Source of the DNA: an uncultured virus (IMG/VR IMGVR_UViG_3300002132_000024)
Lineage: Duplodnaviria; Heunggongvirae; Uroviricota; Caudoviricetes
IMG/VR virus record: IMGVR_UViG_3300002132_000024
Location: 54,783 to 74,782 of that record
DNA: 20,000 nucleotides
Reading direction: 5' to 3' (one strand)
Position numbers and translations under genes: made by a program
Part shown: positions 6,911 to 15,600 of the stretch, piece after piece
Position numbering within the stretch: position 1 is the first letter of the stretch
Layout: every line of letters begins with the position of its first letter
Notes under the pieces: generated by a model
Seen by the model: only the letters and a program-made list of their open reading frames with translations
Databases searched by the model: none
Told to the model about the DNA's origin: nothing

Positions 6911-7482
6911 TAGCTAAATGTACCTAGGTAGTTTATAAAGAAATTATCTTCGCTGTGGCGCCAAATTTCTAAAATAATCGGGTTAGCATCGGAAGCAACT
7001 GTTAGTGTTCCTGGATAATCTGCATTAGTTTTAACAGCAGTAGCACCACTACCGGACAATGAGAAAGATACAGTGGTTGAAGTACTACTATATAGTTCAA
7101 TTGTCATTTTGCCAACTGCTGTTCCTACCGCAGGAAATCCTAAGAAATCAAATGTAAATGCAGCAGAAGCAAATGTAAACACTTGGTAGCCGCCATTCTC
7201 AAAGTCTAGCGTGTATGTCACTTGCGCTACTTCAAATGACTGTGCAGGATTTAAGACTTCTCTGTTATTTTGTAAAGTAGCATTATGGATAAGATTGCCG
7301 TTTAGGTCGTTGTCCACATCTGTTCTTACTACGTTGTCCTGCAGGTCTTCAATCTCAGTTTTTGCTGCTGAAAAGTTTGTTTTGATTGTATCAAAATTGT
7401 CTCGGAAGACTTGTGTATCGTTGTCCTGTCCAGCTACAGGAAAGTTTTCGTTGATTGCTGCGGAATTAATGTTGCTTGTCAT
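6910..7482 (-). CDS. Putative virion/tail structural protein
   Basis: N-terminal FPVAGQDNDTQVFRDNFDTIKTNF followed by a short coiled coil and a beta-rich C-terminal domain; lies in the tail module. Confidence 0.7.
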   Translation of the reverse strand: MTSNINSAAINENFPVAGQDNDTQVFRDNFDTIKTNFSAAKTEIEDLQDNVVRTDVDNDLNGNLIHNATLQNNREVLNPAQSFEVAQVTYTLDFENGGYQVFTFASAAFTFDFLGFPAVGTAVGKMTIELYSSTSTTVSFSLSGSGATAVKTNADYPGTLTVASDANPIILEIWRHSEDNFFINYLGTFS

Positions 7483-9944
7483 GGTAATTTTTCTCTCCGT
7501 TGTGGAAACGCAAGGTATTTATCCTCTATTTCGCCGTCTATAATATCTATTATATATCTATCTGCTAAGAAGTCAAGTGATTTAAAATCAAATCCAGAGG
7601 CCTTTATCCTAGAAATAATCCCTGCAGATTTACCCGGCAAGCAGTAGCACAGGGGCAGAGCTTTGGTAAATCCTAGCTCGTATGAAGCAGAATCTTGAAT
7701 ACTACGCATCCATTGCGGCAAAAATTCACGATCTCTGTCGCCTACTGTTTCTATTTGGGTTCGCATATTCTTTATACTATTTGGGAATATTCTTTGATGA
7801 TCGCTGTCGCTTACAAACGGTATATTGCTATCTACTTTAATTGCATCATAGCTGATTAGTACCTTACTGCTTATATCATTTCTTAATTCTACAGTGCTGC
7901 TAATGCTTTTACCATTTTTTTCAAGATCGTCGATGATATTTACATATATTATTTCGTATATTACTTCTTGTGTTGTAAGATCTTTAGCTTTAGCAGATAA
8001 CACGTCTCCGAGTTTTAGACGCTTATTATAATGATTCCTGCTCATAGCCTGTACATAATTTACAGCCGCCGTGCTTTCAATTCCGGCATATACTAATACC
8101 TTAAGAGCAGTTTGTATACCGAAGTTGATGTCACCGTATCTATATAGTTCTGAATTTTTAAAGATTGTAGCATCGGTAATAAAGTTATACCATTCTAGTC
8201 TTTTACTTTTTATTTGGAAGGCTTTAAGGTATAAGTTAGCAAATGTTTTAGTCTGCTCAGACACAACAGTTATAGTAAATATTTTATTCAATACAGCAAA
8301 GTTTACACTATCTCGGGCTTTAATTGTAAACGTAAACTTTTTGTCGTATGTTGTGGTTTCACTATCGTATGTAGAAGTAAAATCTCTAGAAGCAGTAGAA
8401 CTATCTTCTGCGCTGTCAGTTCTTTCAAAAAATCTTGTAAGTCCAGGACCTGCATTGTCCGCAAACTGCTTTACTTTTCCTTGTATGCTACCAGTTGGTA
8501 GGAATTCAAGGCCTGGAGGCAATTCTCCGCTGACGAATTCATAACCTACTCTACCGCCATATAATAGAGTTTCTGCCTCAACATATAGTTTACTTGGTTG
8601 ATTAGGTTTGATAGTTCCTAGATCGCTTACGGAAATCCAACTTACAGCACTTTCGATCTCACCAACAATCTCAACTGAGAATGTTTTATCAGCAGACGAA
8701 GTACCTGCAATCCAATATGCAGTATCTGTAGGCGATACATTTCTATTGCTCACATTACAGATATAGAGTAAACCGAGATATATAACTGCATCATTTACAG
8801 CATACGCAATTGATGCATTCCAGTCGCCACGTAGAGTATATGTAGTATATGCCAGCGTTGCAGGAAAGTTCACAGCCCGCAGAGTAAATGAGTATGTTTT
8901 AGACACTCTTGCTTGATAGGGAACATTTCCTGCAACTTCCCCAGTGATGCTGTCTAACTCCATTCCTGGAGGCAATTCGCTTGCACTAGTGTCTGGATTT
9001 AATGGCAGTAGGAAATAGGTTATAGTTCCTTCTAAACTAGGAGGATCGTACACATCTAAAAATATAGTCACATAGTTGTTAGCACGGAATCTTCCTAGAT
9101 TGCTTTCAGTGATCCAAATAGGCGTTCTGCTACTTGAGGCGTCAGCTTGGAACAGATTTGTATCTACTTGTACAATACTATTGTCTGCTTGCAAAAATTC
9201 TTCAGTGACGACATAGATCTTAAAAAGTCTATTCTCGGTGTAAATTCCATCAGTCACGCCAACTACAAAGTTGTAAATTCTACTCAAACGTCTTGGAGTT
9301 CTATTAGGCTCATTGTAATCGAATGTTTCGGTATCATAGTAAAATGTATCAAAACCATTAGAGCGTGCTTCGAGATAGTCTAAAGGAATAATATCAAGCG
9401 GTGTAGTATCATACCCGCCGGAAGTGTCTGTTGAATACTCTAGCGCAAAAATAGGATCAGTGAATCCGGAAATTACTCCAGTGTTGCTTAATGACAAGCC
9501 CGGAGGAAGAAGTCCGCCGTTTGGCACTAGATAATAGATCAACAAATCTCCTGCGGTTAGATCTGTATCTGTGGCAGTCACTTGAAATTCAACATAGGCA
9601 TTATCTAGAACGAAATAGTTATCGCCAGCACCTACATTAAGGAACCCTTCTCTAGTTAGCCATAATGGTGCATCAGCGCCGTCGACTCCTAGAGTAAATG
9701 TTCTATCCTCTACATCACTACCATCACTGGCACGTATGACAAACTTGCTTTCTGTGTAAATTTTTACTTCCACGGGAGAGCCAATAATTGATCCGTTTGA
9801 TAACCGCAACCCTCTCGGAAGAGATCCTGCTAGCAAACTAAATGTTATTGCTCCGACGTTAGAAGTTGCAGACAACGGAACGTCTACTGAAATGCGTTCA
9901 GTTAGTAGTCCTAGGTCTCCGGCTGGTGTTATCCAGGTTATCAT
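7479..9944 (-). CDS. Multi-Ig (He_PIG/cadherin-like) virion protein with a CBM5/12-like insert; putative baseplate/tail component
   Basis: Four W.T/S...L...LPxG(L/M)xL...G.I/V.G repeats and a module WNASIAYAVNDAVIYLGLLYIC...AYW; AAGGAG SD. Confidence 0.75.
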   Translation of the reverse strand: MITWITPAGDLGLLTERISVDVPLSATSNVGAITFSLLAGSLPRGLRLSNGSIIGSPVEVKIYTESKFVIRASDGSDVEDRTFTLGVDGADAPLWLTREGFLNVGAGDNYFVLDNAYVEFQVTATDTDLTAGDLLIYYLVPNGGLLPPGLSLSNTGVISGFTDPIFALEYSTDTSGGYDTTPLDIIPLDYLEARSNGFDTFYYDTETFDYNEPNRTPRRLSRIYNFVVGVTDGIYTENRLFKIYVVTEEFLQADNSIVQVDTNLFQADASSSRTPIWITESNLGRFRANNYVTIFLDVYDPPSLEGTITYFLLPLNPDTSASELPPGMELDSITGEVAGNVPYQARVSKTYSFTLRAVNFPATLAYTTYTLRGDWNASIAYAVNDAVIYLGLLYICNVSNRNVSPTDTAYWIAGTSSADKTFSVEIVGEIESAVSWISVSDLGTIKPNQPSKLYVEAETLLYGGRVGYEFVSGELPPGLEFLPTGSIQGKVKQFADNAGPGLTRFFERTDSAEDSSTASRDFTSTYDSETTTYDKKFTFTIKARDSVNFAVLNKIFTITVVSEQTKTFANLYLKAFQIKSKRLEWYNFITDATIFKNSELYRYGDINFGIQTALKVLVYAGIESTAAVNYVQAMSRNHYNKRLKLGDVLSAKAKDLTTQEVIYEIIYVNIIDDLEKNGKSISSTVELRNDISSKVLISYDAIKVDSNIPFVSDSDHQRIFPNSIKNMRTQIETVGDRDREFLPQWMRSIQDSASYELGFTKALPLCYCLPGKSAGIISRIKASGFDFKSLDFLADRYIIDIIDGEIEDKYLAFPQRREKLP
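7516..7522 (-). promoter_or_regulatory. TAAATA box about 35 nt before the 7482 start
   Basis: The - strand reads gATAAATAc, the same context as 404-410, followed by a GGAG SD. Confidence 0.45.
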
Positions 9945-9956
9945 CTGGACATCTCC

Positions 9957-10532
9957 TTACAATATGGAACCACAGTCTAGAGCTAGTCTTCCTGGAAGAG
10001 TTATGGTGCCAAAGTCTATGTTTGATGATTGATACAATACTTGCATTGCATTATCGTAGTCGCCGGTAATGGTACCGAAATCATACGATGTTAGAATATC
10101 TGTGACTGGAATGATAGTTTTAAAAGAAACAGTCGAACCAGTTGTTGTGACTTCTATATCTTTTCTGCTAGTCACCGAACCAGGAGCAGCAGTACCACCA
10201 AATGTGATCTGTTGATGTGTGCTGGCTAACATGCTACCGGAATCTGTGTCAATTCTAATAAAAGCATCCGGAGAAGTATTATTAAAGATGATAGCGTCAC
10301 TTGTGTCGTCTAACAACATTTTAGTACCAGACACTAGTGTTTTGAATTCTAAATTAGCACCAGTTTTTTGTTTAAAAACTCCGTATCCTGTTATACCTAC
10401 GTTTGATGCTGTAATGGTTAATTCTGTACTCAATGATGTAAAGTTAGCGTTAACCTTTTGAAAGGCGGTGCGTAGATCATCACCTAGGCCATCGTTTACT
10501 ACATTTCCGATATTAATTGTTTGTACTGTCAT
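9957..10532 (-). CDS. Tail/baseplate protein with a T4 gp10/gp9-like N-terminal motif
   Basis: QTINIGNVVNDGLGDDLRTAFQKVNANF at the N-terminus; C-terminal D(F/C)G(T/S)I repeats. Confidence 0.75.
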   Translation of the reverse strand: MTVQTINIGNVVNDGLGDDLRTAFQKVNANFTSLSTELTITASNVGITGYGVFKQKTGANLEFKTLVSGTKMLLDDTSDAIIFNNTSPDAFIRIDTDSGSMLASTHQQITFGGTAAPGSVTSRKDIEVTTTGSTVSFKTIIPVTDILTSYDFGTITGDYDNAMQVLYQSSNIDFGTITLPGRLALDCGSIL

Positions 10533-10550
10533 TATGCGCTCTCTTTAGTA

Positions 10551-10556
10551 TATTTA
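10551..10556 (-). promoter_or_regulatory. TAAATA box in the short intergenic gap before the 10532 start
   Basis: The - strand reads ggTAAATAtactaaagagagcgcataATG. Confidence 0.55.
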
Positions 10557-10559
10557 CCG

Positions 10560-10784
10560 TTATGCACCAGTACTATCTATCGCTTTAACCGCGGCAGCTA
10601 ATCTGTCCAATGCTGCTCCTACAGTAGTTGGTGCAGTTCCTGCCCAGTCGCCTGCTGTAGTTGGTGTATATGTTGTAGCATATAGTTCTGTAAAATTTGC
10701 ATTAACTTTGGTAAAGGCAGCACGTAGGCTATCACCTTGTTTGTCATTTGCCGAAGCGCCTACGTTGATTGTTTGTTGTGTCAT
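10560..10784 (-). CDS. Mini tail/baseplate protein (74 aa), mostly the gp10-like N-terminal motif
   Basis: QTINVGASANDKQGDSLRAAFTKVNANFTELY; GGAG SD. Confidence 0.8.
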   Translation of the reverse strand: MTQQTINVGASANDKQGDSLRAAFTKVNANFTELYATTYTPTTAGDWAGTAPTTVGAALDRLAAAVKAIDSTGA

Positions 10785-10796
10785 TTATCGCTCCAA

Positions 10797-12671
10797 TTAT
10801 ACCAATGCCGCAATTCTAATCTGGAAGTCTGCAAAGTCTGTACTTGCCGCTACCACTGATTTTAATCCAGCTAGATTAATAACTCTACTGCCTTGAATTG
10901 TTATTTCGTTCTCCGCAATAATATCACTGCTAAAAAACACAGCAGGAGTAATAGTAATTGCTGAACTGTCTGAACTGTCAATTAATGTAGTAAAAATATT
11001 ACCAGTAAATGTACCACTTACTGATCCCAGTGCAGAACTATATGTCACCTCGCCTGAGGTAGAATTGTATTGTAATATAGATGTACCATCAGCACCTCTA
11101 ATTGGTTTAATTACTAAACTACTTGCTGTTGTATTTTCTACCGCAGCGCCAGTTGCGTTAAGTACAATTGAGTTTGCCGCTTGGTTAGTTTCACCTGCTT
11201 CTTTACCAATTGCTATTGAGTCTTCACCTTGATTAGTTTTACCTGCTGTATCACCAATTGCTACTGCACTTATGCCTTGCGATGTAGTTCCAGCATTAAA
11301 GCCAATTGCTACTGCAAAATTGCCTTGTGTATTACTACCTGAGGAGTTACCTACTGCTGTAGCACCATAGCCTTGAGTTGTGTTACCTGCATCATTACCA
11401 ACTGCTACTGCAAATTCACCTTGACCTGTGTAGCCTGCCGAACCACCAACTGCCACTGCACCTGCGCCTTGAGTTGTGTTACCTGCATCATTACCGATTG
11501 CTACTGCTTCTGTGCCTTGAGTTGTTTTACCTGCATCTGTTCCAACTGCTACTGCATAGACGCCTTGAGTTGTAAGACCTGCATTTTCACCAAGTGCAAT
11601 CTTTGTTTCGCTTGTTCTTAGAACAGAGGTATAAACATCACCAACAATCTTTCCATCTACTGCATCAACTAATAATGTACTGTCATCAGCAAACACACTG
11701 CCTGTTAAATCAAATACTGGATTAACAGCGAATGTTAATGTATCAGTTCCAGTGTCTTTAGTTAACGTAATGCCTGCGCCGCTGTTAATATAAAATATAT
11801 CACTAGTAGCGTCTGCAGAAATCCTGTCTCCGCTGTCTCCGTTGATTTCAAAGTTTGCAAATGAGTTCTGTGCAGGCGCACTGTTAGTAATAGTCACATC
11901 GCCTGAAGCGACATCTGTAGAAACTGTGATACCAACTCCGTTTGAAATACTAAGCACACCGGCATTGGTGATCTTAATACCGTCACCTGTTGAATTATCT
12001 ATATTGATACCTGCGCCAGCAGTGCGTCCGCTTGGCAATGCTGTGATGCTTGATAAACTTCTAACTCCAGTATTCGCTACAGAGATACTACCGGTAGCAG
12101 CACTAACTGATATACCTGCTCCAGCCGATAAACTAGTGACGCCTGTGTTGTTTACTGTGATACTTTCAGCAGCCGAATCAACTACTAATTGTACAGCAGT
12201 ACCTGAATTTAGATTCAACACCGCCGCAAAGTCAGCAGCAACAACTTGGTTGCCGTTGTCTACTTGAACAGATTTAAAAAACGTTTTGTCTGGATCGATA
12301 ATTAAACTAGTACCAATGCCAGTTAGCGGATCTCCGCCTACGGTCGAATTAGCAGGTAAGTTAACTGTAAACCCTATACCTTTAATTTGAGCATTACCCG
12401 CCCAAAGCCCGTTGAGAGGATCTACAGTGCTGTATTCACTAGAATAAATACCGCGCCACTTGTGAGTTATATCGCCGATGTCATATAAGTTGTCTGTAGT
12501 AGGTTTAACACCGGTATCTAGTGTTTCAAAGTTGACTGGAGTTAACCCCGAACCATCACCAACAGTAGCAACAAGAATGTCAAAGTTTTCATTAACTTTG
12601 ATAAATGCTTCGTGTACATCACTCCACAGTAAGGGAGGAGCCCCAGCTGTAATATTTGAATTAAATGCCAT
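10797..12671 (-). CDS. Tail fibre/adhesin with YadA-head-like repeats
   Basis: N-terminal AFIKVNENFD, GV.S(L/I)S.G.GI.VS shaft repeats and 16-aa QGxxAVAIGxxAGxTx repeats. Confidence 0.8.
   Translation of the reverse strand: MAFNSNITAGAPPLLWSDVHEAFIKVNENFDILVATVGDGSGLTPVNFETLDTGVKPTTDNLYDIGDITHKWRGIYSSEYSTVDPLNGLWAGNAQIKGIGFTVNLPANSTVGGDPLTGIGTSLIIDPDKTFFKSVQVDNGNQVVAADFAAVLNLNSGTAVQLVVDSAAESITVNNTGVTSLSAGAGISVSAATGSISVANTGVRSLSSITALPSGRTAGAGINIDNSTGDGIKITNAGVLSISNGVGITVSTDVASGDVTITNSAPAQNSFANFEINGDSGDRISADATSDIFYINSGAGITLTKDTGTDTLTFAVNPVFDLTGSVFADDSTLLVDAVDGKIVGDVYTSVLRTSETKIALGENAGLTTQGVYAVAVGTDAGKTTQGTEAVAIGNDAGNTTQGAGAVAVGGSAGYTGQGEFAVAVGNDAGNTTQGYGATAVGNSSGSNTQGNFAVAIGFNAGTTSQGISAVAIGDTAGKTNQGEDSIAIGKEAGETNQAANSIVLNATGAAVENTTASSLVIKPIRGADGTSILQYNSTSGEVTYSSALGSVSGTFTGNIFTTLIDSSDSSAITITPAVFFSSDIIAENEITIQGSRVINLAGLKSVVAASTDFADFQIRIAALV
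11160..11600 (-). repeat. Intragenic 48-bp (16-aa) tandem repeat, 8 full units plus partial flanks
   Basis: Units include QGVYAVAVGTDAGKTT, QGTEAVAIGNDAGNTT and QGAGAVAVGGSAGYTG. An exact 30-bp direct repeat occurs at 11370-11399 and 11466-11495. Confidence 0.9.
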
Positions 12672-15600
12672 TATGTTCTCCCTACTGCAATTTCAATTGT
12701 GCCAATGTGATCGCTATCGTAAGTTGTTAACGACTTACCAACCACGGTACCTACTTTGACATCTCCTGTAGCAGCCATTGCTACACCTGGAATTCCTGAT
12801 GTAATCAAGATGTCTCCTTTATTAATTTTACCAACTACTCTACATGGTACACGCCCTTGTAGCGCAACTAAGTTCTTTAAACCTGGACATGCTTCATACA
12901 TAGTGTATGCAGCAGTGTTAGATACAACTCCTGCTACTCTTGTATCGCCTTTGACGTTAGTTGTAGTGACTTCTTTATCGCCACCAAATACCAACACTAG
13001 CCCAACTTCGTATTGCTTATCGCCTTCGTAGTTCTCTGCTAAGTCAGCGGAATAAGTTGCCTGCATCCTTGACTCATTTGGACTAGTACCAGTTAGTGTC
13101 CAACGACCAGTAATCGTACCAGCTGTTGTATTACCACCAGTTGTGATAGCAGTGACTTGTACGCTTGATGCTACAATCGGAGCAGCACTAACACCGTTCT
13201 GTGTTTTAAAGTAGTGCGTATCGTTCCAGTAGTTGGTAGCTCTGTCAGCTGCCAACGAACCGTTTTGTACCAGCATGCCGCCCCCGGAGTCATATCCGTA
13301 GTATCTAATATACCCACCTGTGGCAGTAGCGGTAGTATCAATAGTTAAATTAGTGTCGATTTTGTATTGTTGCACATCAATAATTCTACCACCAAAGTCG
13401 CCATTGCTATCTCTAGCAATTAGTTCACTTGCTCCAACACTCGCGCTTGAACCTGCAGAGCTATTGATCATAGCATAGTCACCGTCCGAGCTAAAGCTAG
13501 AAGCAGACGTTCTCTTTAAGAATCCTACAGCATTAAACTGTAATTTCTTAACAGCAAGTCCTTGGTCTACCACATCACTAAATGCTACAGCACTTACATT
13601 TCCGGTGGATAGCGTTGAATTAGCTAGAACAGTTTTACTAGCAATCTGAGCAATATCTCCTAATGCCACTGAGTTTGATTTCAAACTTACCCAACCATTG
13701 GATACTGTAAAGTCAGAAGTATTAAAACTTGCCAATCCACTAGCAGCTTGTATCACTGCTGCTGATCCTGTTGGAGCTGCGGCACCAGCAGCAGCAATAA
13801 CCATATCCAACTTGCTTTGTTCAATCGCAGCACTTGCACTAACTTCTGCATTATTAACAACACCTGCATTTAACTGTACATCGATGTTGTTTACAGAAGA
13901 GTCAACGCCTGCTCTGAGATCAAGTGTTAGGTCTCCTGTGATAGTAGCATTGATCAGTGTATTACCGACTCCAGTGAAGATCATAAAGTCTCCACCTTTT
14001 GGATCAGCACCTTCCCAATCTTGGAAGTTATCTACGGTTAAACTTCGCAAGTTAACTGCATCTTGGGCAGCAACAGGATCAGTAAGATTAGTAATCTTAT
14101 TGAAGTTTAGATTCATAGTCGCTTTCATACCTAACTGTCCATCTAGTGCCATAAAGCCACCGGATACTGTTGGTATTAATTGACTTGGAGTCACTGCTGA
14201 TCCGTCATGTCCTATTCCTAATCGCCGCTCTATATAGATACGTGCAGCATTTTCTGTCGGCACTGTATCAGTAGCGTTGTCTGTAAATCCAGAGTCTGTT
14301 GAAAACTCACTTACTGGAACTCCTCGTTTAAAACCGATACCATCTAAGTTGCTCAATGCAATTGACGCAGCAAATGTCACAGTACCAGTACCTTGGTCAA
14401 CTCTAAAATATGGACCAACACTAAAATTACCAAATTGGTCAGTGGTCACATAAAAGCAACGTCCAACATCTCGTTCTTGAGTTTCCTGACTCGCGTTAAC
14501 TGCATTTACCGGTGCCCCATAAATTTCGCTAGGATAGTTAGTATCTGCATAGGATCCTGTACCAATTTCTAACAAATCATGACTTGTTACACGAGTCAAC
14601 GAAATACGAATAGTTAAACTACCAATAGCTCCGTTAGTTCTAATGGCCACCGCAGACTTAATTGTGTACGAATTTTGATAAGCAATTATACTGTCAACCA
14701 ATGGACGATTTAAAATAACTCTTGCCCATGCCTCGTTGGTTATTGCCTCATTTTGGTAAGTATCAATAACATATTCCTCTCCGAGGAACACAAATTTACT
14801 ACCTGATACTCTACTTACTTCCTGAGTCGCCACTGGAACCACAGCGAATATCGTGGAGCCAACACCACCAGTGACTGTACCTACTGTATGTGTTCCTGTC
14901 TGAGTTCCTGAAGTGACTACTGCGTCGCCGCCTGGAACTAGACTAATTCGGAATGTGTCAGTAGTTATCCCTGCACTCAGTACGTGGAAATTGTTGTTGG
15001 TAGTCACACCAGTTGGCATTACTCCAGTAGTTTCAAACTTAATAACATCGCCCGCAGTAAAGCCGTGTGCAACTAGACCAATTTCTGCAGGATCTGCTAC
15101 GGATATAGTACAGGTTCTACCAGTTGGGTAGTCGTCGGTCCATTCACCTGGTTGGTATAATGTTAAGTCGTTGTAATTATAATTCTCTCTGGTAACAGTT
15201 CTAGTTAAACCATAAAGACTATAACCAAATGTTCCACTGCCAGCAGCAGTCACAGCTACGGGATTACCGTTTTTTGTAAGCGCTACTTTAAATTCGGTCT
15301 CAGTTAGCCCATCGGTAATAACCCAATAAATTTGATTGTCATTAGTTAACGGTGCAGGAAATACGCCTGTGTAAGTTAATCCTACTGGAGTTCCTGTAGT
15401 TGTTGCTATAGCAGCACCACCGGATGACGCTGATAGGGTAAATGTTGTCGTTCCATTGGTTGCAATAATATAATAAGTAGTTGGACTTGCATATCCCGCA
15501 ATGCTACCAGTACCGACATTAATTCCACTGATGGCAATTGTTTGACCGCTGACTAAGTTTGTTGCACTGCAACTAAACTGGCCAGAAGTGCCAGTAATTA

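Noticed and set aside
11160..11600. 48-bp periodic repeats as a CRISPR array or DGR template/variable repeat
   Set aside because: The repeats are in-frame coding units without unique spacers, and no cas or reverse transcriptase gene is present in the window.
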